Part shown: positions 1 through 13,535 of the stretch, one piece after another
Layout: every line of letters starts with the position of its first letter
Numbering within the stretch: position 1 is the first letter of the stretch
Made by a program: the position numbers and the translations under genes
Source of the DNA: the human T2T-CHM13v2.0 reference genome, Homo sapiens
Direction: 5' to 3' (one strand)
Length of the DNA: 64,000 nucleotides
Assembly (NCBI RefSeq): GCF_009914755.1
Contig: NC_060927.1
Notes under the pieces: generated by a model
The model's database searches: none
Seen by the model: the letters and a program-made list of their open reading frames with translations, nothing else
What the model was told of the DNA's origin: nothing

Positions 1-2199
1 TAGTAAGTCAAAGTGCTTATTTATTATTCAAGAATAAAGAAGATATTTAGGACCTAGAACTTTCAGAATGTATATAGGCATCTATGTTCAAATATAATAA
101 TTGAGATTCTTTTACAATTAATAAAAATGATGTTGTTTTAATGTTTCTACTTTATTTTCCACGTTCATTTTTGCTCCCAAATAAAATACACATGGGAATA
201 TTCCTTTTCATGCTTACTTTACAAAGTTAATATACATTTAGCATTAAGGTAAAGAATCCTGGGTCTGGGAAACTGAATAAGAAACAGATGTTGGGAAACT
301 AGTGCAATCTAAAAGGCAGTCTACCTTCATTTCTATTATAAGGAGACCCACATCAGGACCCCTGTTGTGGCTATATTCTCCCAACAGAAGTTTCATTTAG
401 GTTTTTTTTTTTTCTTTCAGTAATGAAACTCAAGTCAGGAAGTTTTCAAGCTGCTGATACTCCTACAAAGGCTATGGATTATTTTAGGCAAGTGTTATTT
501 TGAAAATACCTGCCCCATTCAAAACACTGCTGCAGGGCACCAAAGCAATAGAAATTTTCAAGCCCTGCTGCCCATATCTTCCTCCTTCTGATGCCCAGCA
601 TGACACCCTACAGCAAATACGTGAGCTACTTGCTAAAGAAGAAGTGTTCTTTAAAAAAATCATAATTTGCTAAATCCTGTAGTGTCTCAGAACATTCCCT
701 ATATATGTCCTTCAAATCTTCACTTTATAGATTCTCAGCTGAGAAGACAACTCCAGAGATATGAAGAAAGCCATACTTTACAGTATTGAGCTGACCCTTC
801 TTCTGAAAAAGATAACTGCCAAGTCAAGGTTATTATTTGTATGCATTAATTTTTAATTGAGTTTGAGAGCCGAAACTATTTTGATATCCTGATTTTCCCA
901 AAGAAATTGCTTGCCTAAGTTGATTAATGAGGTAATGACTCAGGAGCCCAAGCAACGAAGCAAGGCGAAGGAATACAGCAGATATATCAAACACTAAAGA
1001 CTTATTTTCCCTAAATTCAGAAAAAAAATTGAGTTTTTTAAAAAGTTTTTAAAATACAGGCTTAGACAAATAAACTTGTGAATTAAAACCATATTCTCTT
1101 ATCATTTTGTATATCATTAAAATATCACCATCAACATTTTTCTTCTACTTTTTATTTCTTGGACGTTTTTTCCTCTCTTTTAACATTATGTTTACTTTCC
1201 TCAGGTTGCAGACCTTTAAGATTTAAGCCTAGATCTGGCTTTGTTTCTTTTCCTTATTCTCAATCTGAACACCCCTTTTATCCTCTGGTCAAATGTCCTA
1301 TACAAAGCACAAGCTCCCCTACTCATTTTACTATTGTTCTACTATTCTACATCATTACTCCAATGATGATTTCATAGACCAGTTAACAAAAGACACCTTC
1401 CATAAAAATAATTTCCTCTCAAATCTACACGATGATTATTTTGTCCAAAATATTCACTATGCATCAATTATATAGTGAAAATATAATTTTTCATCTACCA
1501 GTTTATAAATTTTAAGACACTACTTCTTACAGAGTACTAGCAATAAAACAAAATGGGGCCTAACAATGAGACGCAGATATACGAGTGTATGTTTTGGGAT
1601 GCTGTGGTTAATGTTTCTACATAGCTATATGTCTTCTGCCTGGAGCTACATCTCCACATCATTTTCCCCAAAAACTTGTTTGACAAACCAGTATGTTCAG
1701 TATATGTTAATTAGTCTTGGGGAAAAAAAGGATATGCAATCAAATAAATATGAGAAACACTGTTGCAGTTAAACAAAGTTCATTATATTTATATATTTTA
1801 AAATTTATCTTGAAATAGATAAAGTATACCAAAAAATGAAGTGTTCCAAATTATATGTGCTATCCCTGTACAAGAACTATGATATTATTTTGTGTTTCTT
1901 TGCAATTTTTTGGCATCTGTCCTAGGTGAACAAGCAGAGCTGATTTGCTTTTTGTATTGCAAGGCATCTTGGATTACTGAACATACTAATATATTTTGGG
2001 AATTTTCCATGGGAGGAAAAGAATGCAGCATTAACCAAACATATTTGACAATAAAGACCTCCCATTCTCCCATCGGCTGCACTCACTGTTTTCTCCTAAA
2101 ACACGTTCCTAGAATAATACTCTATAGCAGACAATTGAGAAACTCTGTTCAAGCCTGTGCCTTCAGAGTGACACCCCAAAGAAGACAGCCATAGGAACA

Positions 2200-2408
2200 A
2201 CAAAGCACAGTGGACAGAGCTTTGGAATAAAAAATAATTGGTTTTAAATTCATTTCTTAATTATGCAAACTACTTGCTGAATTACCTGAGTATTTCTTTA
2301 AATCTCTCAGTGATACAGTTTCCTCATCTATAAGATGGAGAAGACAATGATGTGCCTCCCTTTGAGTTGTGATTCTTAATAAGATAACCTGTATAAAAGT
2401 CCCTGTGC
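2200..2408 (+). mobile_element. MIR SINE relic, interrupted by an Alu
   Basis: Core MIR-like motif 'cagtttcctcatctataagatggag' and 3' part 'aagataacctgtataaaagtccctgtgca'. Confidence 0.7.
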
Positions 2409-2409
2409 A

Positions 2410-2746
<337 letters not shown>

Positions 2747-3789
2747 CTACTGAATGCTATAGTCAGCTTAGAGCACATTACTAAGTATAACAGTAAGTCA
2801 GAAAAAATCAGATTACAGGTTACTTGTTGTAAAATTTGGTTGGGTTTTAGCAAATGCCTTCTCCTCATAATAAAATTTGTAATGAATTGTAATCAAGGTT
2901 TTTTTTTTTTCCTGAGTTTTAAGCTACTTTAAACCAAAGTTTCATGTCTCATTTATCTTTTCATGTGTGTAATGGAACAACACTAGTTAATCAATTTTGG
3001 TAAATTTAGTTGAAAAAAGTTGTATGAAAATGTTGGTGGCCAATATTTTCCAACTATTGATACCTAACACAACAACAAATTTTATCTATTATTAAATTAT
3101 AAATAATTATAATTATAAATGATTACTGTATTTTATTCATTTATACATGCAATTACAATTTAAGCTCTAATTGTCATGAAATGCAATACCTATTAAATCC
3201 TATTCATCAGTTTCTTTAGAGATGTTTATGTGTATGTTTGTCTAGTGGGTAGAGTCATAAAGTGGAAATAGATTATGTCAAAAGTATATTCCTCCGATTT
3301 AGGAGTATATAACTCCTATAAACAATTGTATTTATTGTCAAGTTTTAAATAAATGATTATTAGTTATCGCCCAGTAGAAATTTGAAAATTAATTTTGAAA
3401 AGATTCATTCACCAAATTCTCAGAAATATAAAATTGTCACAAACAGCCACTAACCAGAAATCCTTGAAAGTGACATCATTTATAAGTCAACAAGCATGGC
3501 TTTCACATGATCAATAAGGTTCGCATATTCATTTCCTACAAACCACACCCAAGGTAACTTTTGAAAAGAGGGTAAAATGATGCTATTAAGACAGTGAGAA
3601 GAGTGAGAAAAAACATTAAATGCTTTATTGAGAGAAATTTGAAGAATATAGTCTAATCTTCCAACTTTAAGTCTGAGGACTGGAAATTTTCCAAGTGTTT
3701 GGATTAATGTTCAAAGATTTCAGTACACTGGGACGTACAATTACACAGAGATAACATAAATTTTATATGTAGAGAGAGTCAGCAACAGA

Positions 3790-5155
3790 GCATGTAACCT
3801 GCATAGTCATAGACCGTTGGGTCCTGCACTTGGTTTACTGTTCTGCTCTTGCTGTCTTGTTATTTGTGACAATTTTAACTTTGAACTTGTGTTCTGTAAG
3901 TGAAGTCCAGTGGGACGATGGAGCATGCACGAGCAGAAGAGACAGGCTAAGTGTACCCAAAGGCTCAGGTAGGCAGCATGCATCCAAGGAGGTGACCTGG
4001 CTGCAGAATGTGCAGATCAGGGGAAGTCCGGGGCACTGCAAAGTCCCCAAGGTGGCAGCTGGGACTGGGAGCTGGACCCAGGTTGGTGGCAATGAGAACA
4101 GCAATGGTAGCAGCAGCAGCAGCAAGAATAATGGGATGCCAGCTTGTTTGTCCATTCCCAGAACCTGTCTCTACCACATCTGTACGAATATGAACTCTCC
4201 TTATCAATAAATTATTACAAAATATAAGTATACAGATGGACATTGCAATAAAGCACATTAGGGAAGAATTGCAAAGCAAATATCCATAAGCAGAAAAATA
4301 GAAATTGAATTTAAAGATTGTCACTTATAGAAGAAAAGAACACTATTTTCATAGGAAGCTTCAAATGAAATAATGACTAATGAGAAATATATTTGAAATT
4401 ATTTCTTTTGTAATTAAAGGATAAATATAGAAAGAATGAACAGATATTTTTAGTTATTAAAAAACCTATGAAGTCTTTTTTTATAACTTCCACAAGTTAC
4501 AAGTAATGCCACAGGAAACATTAGAATGCCCCTGTACAAATTTTCTTTTAAAATTAAATTTAGACTTACATAAAACAGATTCACATAAAAAGTATAACGT
4601 TTTTAACAAAAATTTTCCTCAGGAATTATAAGCTCTAGATATACTAAAATATATATTTTTTAAATAATGTATTAGACCGTTATTCCAGCTCTAGTAAGTT
4701 GCATAAGCAGAAAAATCTTTCTCAAAATTAAAAGTAATCAGGAATCATTTGATTTTTGCAACTAATGTTGCTTTCATTTATACAAATTAAAATAAAGTTG
4801 CTGAAAGTATAAATTTGATGACAATAAATAAAGTTTAGGAAAGCAGGTCAGAAAAAATCAAGATATCACATTAACAAATGATTATTATTATTTTTCATAG
4901 ATGACAAAGTATATTAATACATGACATTATTGCATAAGTTATGAGGTCAAACTATTATTTCTCCTCATACTTTTAAGTTTATATTTTAACTCATGTCTCA
5001 CTACTATAACTACTATGTTTTATAAGCAATAAAATATTTTTAAGAAAACATATTTATGTTTTGGTATTTTTAATTGCACTTTTTCCTTAAAGCAGTTTGA
5101 ATAAGGGGCTCTAAATTTCATATTATACTGGAACCCACAAATTATATACTCAGGT
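3790..5155 (+). mobile_element. MER45-family (MER45R-like) hAT-Tip100 DNA transposon relic
   Basis: 5' 'ttgaacttgtgttctgtaagtgaagtccagtgggacgatggagcatgc' and 3' 'ttgaataaggggctctaaatttcatattatactggaacccacaaattat' resemble MER45 termini; 4701-4751 translates A*AEKSFSKLKVIRNHL, like the hAT C-terminal dimerisation motif. Confidence 0.8.
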
Positions 5156-5189
5156 TAAACTTGAAGGGTTTAACCTGGTGGGAAAGAAA

Positions 5190-5330
5190 GTAAACCAGCA
5201 GAATGGAAGTTGGACTAGATCCTCTGGTATTCAAATTACATCTCTATCATTAACCAGCTGTGGAACTTCAGATAATATACTTAATATTTTCAATTTCTTC
5301 AAATATAAAAGTAGGATGTAAGTTGTATAT
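5190..5330 (+). mobile_element. MIR relic
   Basis: 'ttcaaattacatctctatcattaaccagctgtggaacttcagataatatacttaat...ttcttcaaatataaaagtagga' resembles the MIR core. Confidence 0.5.
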
Positions 5331-6379
5331 TATAATGTCCAGTCTTCTACCAAATATAGGCAGCATGAATGGCAAAATACATTTTATATCTTGTAAAATA
5401 CACTCAATGTTTTTCTTGGAAAGTTGTTTTGCACATTAGCCTTCTAAAATAGAACTTGTATTTAACCCAGGGTTCTGCACAAGTATCTGTCTGTGGAAAC
5501 TTTTTCACTCAACACTATCAATTTTCAATGTATCTGGAATTCTCCTGGACATTCTTTGAGAAACATACAAGCACAATGTTTCCTTCAGGTTTTAATATTA
5601 GATTTTAAAAAGGTAAAAATGAACTTAGAATGTAAGCTAATTTTTATGCTACTCAGGTAGGGTAGGGGTTCAAATCAAACTTGAAAGACATTTATGCATC
5701 TGTGACTTGTCAACCACTAAACTATACCAATAAAAGACATTTTACTTTCATGGGCAGTCCAAGACACCACAGGGCTCCCAAATGGGTAGCTGGGACTGGG
5801 ACCTGGACTTCAGTTCTCAGGGAAGATACACAGGGTTAAAACACTAGTTGCCACTAGGTTGTTGTTGGGTTTTTTTGGGGTTTTTTGTTGTTGTTGTTTG
5901 TTTGTTTTATTTTTATACAACACATACCAAAACATAATCTTTTAACCAAAGATTATGCTAATTGTTCACCTACTAGAAATCTTTTGTTCCATAGGTAATT
6001 CAGGTGATCATATAAAGTGCATTACATAAGTACTGTATCTTTTCAAAAGCTTAGGAGAAACTTCAAAGATCATAGCATTACACAATTTTAAAAAGACAGT
6101 CATTGAACTATATTTATTTTTCTTTCTGATAATATACCAAATTTTACCTATTAGCAGTAGTTTCTGGGAGTCAGTGCCTCATTATCAACGTGAAAATGGC
6201 AGGGATAATATAACTTAGGAATTAAGAAAGCCAGCAATGCCGTCATGTTTGTGGATTTGATACATCACGTTCTTGCCAAGTGACATGGTGCAATTTAAGT
6301 GATTCTATTCATATATAATTTGAAACTTAATACAATTCCTATCCCTTCAAATTGATTTGAAAATTAAATTAAGTTAAAA

Positions 6380-7820
6380 CATAAAAACACAAAAGAGACC
6401 AAAACGAAGAGAACAAAAATAGAAAGGAAATCGAAGCCAAAAAAGAACAGAGGAAACCTAATATGATCAATATCTTCAAGGAGATAAGGAAAATTATGAT
6501 ATTTTTAAAATATATATGGGATGTTGTTTTTAAATATATATAATATATGAATTAAAAAATTATAGAAATTTTATAAATGAAAGCAGTAATTAAGAACAAA
6601 ATTAAAAGATTACTCATAACAAAATATAAACTTGATGACACCACTGTCAAAAGTAGAGGATAAAAAATAATACTTTTATTAAGTATTTCTTAAGAATAAC
6701 TAAAATCGAGGATCAATGTAAGAGATTCAACATCCAGATAATAGATTTTCAGAAATAATAAACAGAGAAAATGGAGGAAAAGTAATGAAAAATATAACAC
6801 TAAGAAAATTTCCCAGAATTAAAAAAAGGAGATGTTACAGAATTAAAATGTCCATGAGAAAAATAAATGAGAAGAAACCCACACCAAGGAATATTATCAT
6901 CAAGTTTCGAAACATGATGGATTAAGAAAAAACCTAAATTGTCAAAGAAGGAAAACGGGTCCCTTAAACAGGTTATGAGATCAACCACAGCAATACGGTG
7001 TAAGGGAAGCAAATGATAGTTTCATACTTGCAAGTTTTCACAAGTGTACCCCTACTGCTTGAAGCTACTGGATACACCCGTCTGAAAACTACAGTATGCT
7101 TCAAGCTAAAGTTAGAAAATCGAGGATCCAAAGAAAGAAGGAGATAAACAGAATCTACAGGATGGTGATGAATGACAATTCTAGGAAAACATTTGCTGAT
7201 CAGGACAAAAGAACAGGGAGTCCAGATCAAAATAGGAAGACAAAAGTCTGCGGGAGAAATGGCATTAACTGGCAATAAATGGGACTGACAGAAATTTGAT
7301 ATATTAGACTAGAAAGGGCAATTTTACAGTTCTTTTCAATAATTTGGGATAAATTAGTAAAAAGAAAAAGAAATAGTGAAAAGGAGTGAAGTATTGTCCC
7401 CATGAAAAAGAAGATACACAATGTTATATAGCAATAGGATATTCATGTGTAAGAAACGAACAATATTGTTATACTCATAATTTAAAAACTTGTAATGTTA
7501 ATTTAATTAAAATCATGATGCACTGTTTTAAAAGTATTGAGTTAGCAGGGGTGCCTCAGGAAAGTGATACTAGAAAGTTATAATATCAGTGTCAATTTTA
7601 AGAAGTCAAAACATAATATCAACGTTTGAAAAAGCAAGATATAGGTGAATATATATATGTTATATACATATGATATACAGAACAAAGAAAATATAATTTA
7701 AAGTGGTAGCCTCAGAAAAGCAGAAATTAGGACTAGGGAAGAATAGGGTAAGGAATCAATTTTTCTTTATGCAACTAATAGCACTATTGGACATTGTTTA
7801 AACTGTGGAGATTTGTGTAT
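6380..7820 (+). mobile_element. HAL1 / ancient L1M ORF1-type relic
   Basis: L1 ORF1-like 'aagaaaatttcccagaattaaa...aaacccacaccaaggaatattatc' followed by HAL1-like 'gaggatccaaagaaagaaggag...ggatggtgatgaa...agtccagat' and a HAL1-like 3' end. Confidence 0.65.
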
Positions 7821-7868
7821 GTTTACATATATGTATTATATCTGAAATGTATATTATACATAATATAT

Positions 7869-7948
7869 TTAGGTTGGTGCAAAAATAATTTCGGTTTTTG
7901 CCATTGAAAGGAATGACCAAAGCTGCAATTACTTTTGCACCAACCTAC
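7869..7948. mobile_element. MADE1 (Hsmar1-derived MITE), 80-bp palindrome
   Basis: ttaggttggtgcaaaaataatttcggtttttgccatt...gcaattacttttgcaccaaccta; inverted repeats with TA flanks. Confidence 0.93.
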
Positions 7949-8259
7949 TACTATTTTAATAAAATTAAAAAATTTATTTGAAAACAAAATAATAATGTCA
8001 GGCAAAACATTTAAAATAGATGTGCCCAACTGAGGTTTGGTTTAAAAAAATGATCTACACTGAACATTAGTCTGTGGGAAACTATTATAACCAGGGTATA
8101 TTTTTAATGCTATTTATAACATTTATGGGACACTCTCCCTTTCATTCATCAGAGTTTAATCAAGGAATATAGATTAATTTAACTCAAACGAAAGAACATT
8201 TTTATACATTGCAGAATCAATAAAATTAATAATATCTTGTCTTTCACATTATCTACATG

Positions 8260-8418
8260 AGTACTTCTTAAATTTAATATGCATATAAATCACCTGGAAA
8301 ACTTGTTAAAATGCAGATTCTGATTCAGGGGATCTAAGAGCCTGAGGTTCTGCATTATAAACAAATTCTCTGCTGCTGTTAATTGTGACGTCCAAGGACT
8401 ATCCTTTAAGGACCAGTG
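8260..8418. mobile_element. MER5B-like hAT-Charlie MITE
   Basis: 'aatcacctggaaaacttgttaaaatgcagattctgattcag...gcctgaggttctgcatt'. Confidence 0.8.
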
Positions 8419-9440
8419 CAGTTTCACACCATTTTTCCTCTCCATTACTGAAAATAATTGAAGGTTAAATATAATGACTCCCTTCCAAAAGGTCCCTTCC
8501 AAAAGGTTCCAAATGTATTTTGGAAATTTTAGGTTAAACATCATAAGCTGCAAGACTTAGGGTCTTCAAAATGCTAAAGTAGATTATCTCCAAGACGGGG
8601 ATGAAACACAATTCAGTTTCTCAATTGTCTTGGTCATAAACCCATTTTCTTTTTTTTTATTTTTGGAAAACAATAATGTATTAGCATTTGACATTACATA
8701 TATGCCTGGCAAATCTAAGGAATGCTAAATATCTTTGTACTTTAGTTTACTTGGGGAATATACAAAGAAGGGAAAAATTTTCCAATACTTAGCAATTAGC
8801 AATTTTTTTTTAGCAAAGACACGAAAGCATCAAAGATTAACTCTTTCTCCAATTTAAGCATTCAACTAACAAATACTAATTGAATACTTCCTACTTTTCA
8901 GGTGAGCTTTATCTTAAGGTTACAAAAATAAATTAAAGCAGTCTTAAGAAGAATAATCTTAAATAGTTTTTGAAAAATCTTGGAATCTGAGCAGGCTCTA
9001 TTAGGATATAGCAAGCTATATTCTAACCTAATATAAGACTGGAATCTGTGCAGTCTTAATTTTCACTATAGCAAGAAATTTGAAAAGGATTTCCTTCCTT
9101 TGGCATGCTTTGTCTCAGTTTCAGGGAACTGTTTTCCCAGGTGACTTGTGCCTGCTGTTGCTTTTTTTATTTACTTGCAAGCTCTTTGACCTTAACATAC
9201 CTATGCATCTGAATCACTGGAAGTAGACTTGATAAAATATATATTGCTGGGCCCCAATTTACTTTAGAATCACGAGAAGCAGGTCCTATTTAAATCTTTA
9301 GTACCCATACTGGGTAATGCTGAAGTAGCCAGCCTGGGAGTGCTACTTCAGCCAGCATTTTGTTATCAGTAATTAAACTTCCTGAATATTTAGGGATACA
9401 GCATTACAATGTCTGAAACTGACTCTCGAAAAGTTTAAAA

Positions 9441-9487
9441 GTGTGCATGTGTGTGTGTGTGTGTGTGTGCATGCATGCACGTGCATG
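9441..9487. repeat. (TG)n / alternating purine-pyrimidine tract
   Basis: gtgtgcatgtgtgtg...tgcatgcatgcacgtgcatg read directly. Confidence 0.95.
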
Positions 9488-9639
9488 TTGGGGGGAAAAA
9501 GAGAGAGTTCTAAGAGGAGAGAAAGATTTAACAATTGGTGACTCTAAATAAAGAATACATATACTTTTCATGCAACTATTTTTGTTGGTTTAAAGCTTTC
9601 AAAATAAAATCTGAGAAAATTTTCAACTGCCTCTTTCTA

Positions 9640-9880
9640 CCACTACTATCACTGACCAGCAGCTCAGACACTCTGAATCAATCAGCTTTACTCTGTTGTA
9701 TTTTTTTCCACTGCATTTATCACCTCCTGGTAGATGATATTTCTAAATTATTTATTGTTTATTGTCTGTCTTCTCCAATAGAAGGTAAACTCCACAAAGG
9801 CAAAGATTTTCTTCTCTTTTGCTTACTGATATTTTCCAAAAGTCTGGATTAGAGCCTGGCACATAGAAGCCACTAAGAAT
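9640..9880 (+). mobile_element. L2 3' end
   Basis: 'gaaggtaaactccacaaaggcaaagatttt...agagcctggcacatagaagccactaa' resembles the L2 3' terminus. Confidence 0.75.
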
Positions 9881-9921
9881 CAACTTTTTAATTTCTAAAA
9901 TAAAAATTCTTATTGTGAAGA

Positions 9922-10496
9922 CGTATTAGTCTGTTCTCATGCTGCTAATAAAGACATATCAGAGACTGGATAATTTATAAAGGAAAGAGGTTTATTGACT
10001 CACAGTTCCACATGGAGAGGGAGGCCTCACAATCATGGTTGAAGGCAAATGAAGAGCAAAGTCGTGTCTTACATGGCAGCAGGCAAGAGAGAGCTTGTGC
10101 AGAGGAGCTCCCCTTTATAAAACCATGAGATCTCATAAGACTTATTCACTATCATGAGAACAGCATGGGAAAGACCTGCCCCCATGATTCAATTATCTCC
10201 CACTGGGCCCCTCCCACAACAAGTGGGAATTATGGGAGCTACAATTCAAGACGATATTTGGGTGGGGACACAGTCGAACCTTACCATTCTGCCCCTGGCC
10301 CCTTTTAAATCTCATGTCCTCACATTTCAAAACCAATCATGCCTTCCCAACAGTCCCCCAAAGTCTTAACTCATTTCAGCATTAACTCAAAAGTCCACAG
10401 TTCAAAGTCTTATCTGAGACAAGGCAAGTCACTTCCATCTATGAGCCTGTAAAATCAAAAACAAGTTAGTTACTTCCCAGATACAATGGGGGTACA
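9922..10496 (-). mobile_element. THE1 (C-like) LTR (9922-10286) plus about 210 bp of THE1 internal sequence
   Basis: gtattagtctgttctcatgctgctaataaagacat...gtggggacacag; continues into internal 'ccctggcccc...aaatctcatgtcctcacatttcaaaacc'. Confidence 0.92.
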
Positions 10497-10612
10497 ATTA
10501 GTGTACCACAATTAAAAAATGTATTTGTTATACACAGAGAGACACTTGCCAAAGTGCTATGGAATAGCTAAAACCTCAATAGATTTCACATAGAAAAAAT
10601 TATGCTACATCC

Positions 10613-11049
10613 CACTATTCACAGTAGCAAAGACTTGGAACCAACCCAAATGCTCATCAATGATAGACTGGATACAGAAAATGTGGCATATATACACCAT
10701 GGAATACTATACAGCCATAAAAAAGGATGAGTTCATGTCCTTTGCAGGGACATGGATGAAGCTGGAAAACATCATACTGAGCAAATTAACACAAGAACAG
10801 AAAACCAAACACCGCATGTTCTCACTCATAAGTGGGAGTTGGACAATGAGAACACATGGACACAGGGAAGGGAACATCACGCACTGGGGCTTGTCAGTGG
10901 GTGGAGGCTAGGGGAGGGATAGCATTAGGACAAATACCTAATGTAGATGATGGGTTGATGGGTGAAGCAAACCACCATGGCACGTGTATACCTATGTAAC
11001 AAACATGCATGTTCTGCACATGTACCCCAGAACTTAAAGCATAATTTAA
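10613..11049 (+). mobile_element. L1PA 3' fragment (ORF2 C-terminus and 3'UTR), 5'-truncated
   Basis: ORF MIDWIQKMWHIYTMEYY... matches L1 ORF2 C-terminus; 19-bp TSD aaaaaattatgc(t/c)acatcc at 10594-10612 and 11050-11068. Confidence 0.96.
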
Positions 11050-11820
11050 AAAAAATTATGCCACATCCATTCAACATACTGCAATAATTTAGTCAAAGAA
11101 TCAGCTTTCTACTCAGAAACATATAATGCTTCTAGATAACTCTGCAGGGAAAATGAGTAATTAAAATGAAAATGGAAATTACAAATCATATATAAATCAA
11201 AATTTATAAGTGTTATATATATAAAATCCTATAGGATAAGACCAAAGATTTATTTGGAACAAATCACATAGCTATAAATGTAAACTATACACACATTTAT
11301 ATATTAAGGTGAAAAATAAAAGGTTGAATGTACGTTAGCTATTCTTTCAAAAGGAGAATAAGCAAACTTTGTCTGGTAACCTCACCAGTATTTGTTCAAT
11401 AGACTAAGGATACAAGTAGTGAATTAAGTACCTTTTCTTCTGAAACTATTACAAACAATTGAAAAGGAAGGACTCCTCTTTTAACTCATTTTTATGAGGC
11501 CAGCATCATCCTCACACTAGAACCTGGCAGAGAGACACAAAAAATGAAAACTTCAGGCCAATATTCCTGATGAATATCAATGCAAAAATCCTCAATAAAA
11601 TACTGGAAAACAGAATCTAGCAGCACCTCAAAAAGCATATTCACCATGATCAAGTTGGTTTCATCCATGGGATGCAATGTTGGTTCAACATACACAAATC
11701 AATAAATGTAATTTATCATATAAATGGAACTAAAGACAAAAACCACATGATTATCTCAATAGAAGCAGAAAAGGCCTTCAATAAAATTCAACATCCTTTC
11801 ATGTTAAAAACTCTCAATAA

Positions 11821-12132
<312 letters not shown>

Positions 12133-12609
12133 CTAGGTATTGAAGGAACATATTTCACAATAATAATAGCCACATATGACAAACTCACAGTCAATATCAT
12201 ACTAAATGGACAAAAGCTGGAAGCATTCTCATTGAAAACTGGCACAAGACAAGGATGCCCTCTCTCACCACTCCCATTCAACATAGTATTAGAAGTTCTG
12301 CCCAGAGAACTCAGGCAAGAGAAAGAAATAAAGGGTATTCAAATAGGAAGAGAGAAAGTCAAATTATCTTTGTTTGCAGATGACATGATCCTGTATCTAG
12401 AAAACCCCAGTGTCTCAGCCTCTTTTTAAGAAAAGCTTCTTAAGCTGATAAGCAACTTCACCAAAGACTCAGGATACAAAATGAATGTACAAAAATCACT
12501 AGCATTCCTATACACCAACAACAGGCAAGCAGATAGCCAAATCATGACTGAACTCCCATTCACAGTTGCTACAAGGAGAATAAAATACCTAGAAATACAG
12601 CTAACAAGG

Positions 12610-13151
12610 TGTATTAGTCAGAGTTCTCTGAAGGCACAGAACTAATAGATGTATATATGAAGGGGAGTATATTAAGGAATACTGACTTCCACAATCACAA
12701 GATGAAGTCTCACAAGAGGCTGTCTGCAAGCTGAGGAACAAGGAAGCCAGACTGAGTCGAAAAACCTCAAAAGTAGAGAAGCCAACAATGCAGCCTTTAG
12801 TCTGTGGCCAAAGGCCTGAGAGTCCCTGGCAAACCAGTGGTGTAAGTCTAAGAGTCCAAAAGCTGAAGAACTTGGAGTCTGATGTTCAAGGGCAGGAAGC
12901 ATCCAACACAAGAGAAAGATGAAGGCCGGAAGACTCAGCAAATCAGCTCATTTTACATTCTTCTGTCTGCTCTATTCTAGCCATGCTGGTAGTGGATTAA
13001 ATGGTGCTCACCCATATTGAGGGTGGGTCTGCCTCTCCCAGTTCATTGACTCAAATATTAATCTCCTTCAGCAACACCCTCACAGACACACCCAGGAACA
13101 ATATTTTGCATCCTTCAATCCAATGAATTTGACACAATATCAACCATCACA
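12610..13151 (-). mobile_element. MLT2 (MLT2A/B-like) ERVL solo LTR nested in L1
   Basis: tgtattagtcagagttctct...caaccatcaca (TG...CA); 5-bp TSD CAAGG at 12605-12609 and 13152-13156. Confidence 0.92.
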
Positions 13152-13502
13152 CAAGGGAAGTGAAGGACCTCTTCAAGGAGAACCACAAACCTCTGCTCAA
13201 GGAAATAAGAGAGGACATAAACAAATGAATAAAAATTTCATGCTCATGAATAGGGAGAATCAATATTATAAAAATGGCCATACTACCCAAAGTAATTTGT
13301 AGATTCAATGCTATTCCCATTAAACTCCCATTGGCATTCTTCACAGAATTAGAAAAATGTATTTTAAAATTCATGTTCAACCAAAAATGAGCCCATATGG
13401 CCATGGCAAGCCTAAGCAAAAAGAACAAAGCTGGAGGCATCCCACTACCTGACTTCAAACTATACTGCAAGGCTACAATAATCAAAACAGCATGGTACTT
13501 GT

Positions 13503-13535
<33 letters not shown>

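Noticed and set aside
12980-13010. MLT2 LTR as a DUX4/ZGA promoter
   Set aside because: The position expected to carry the DUX4-type site reads tggattaaatgg, a degenerate match.
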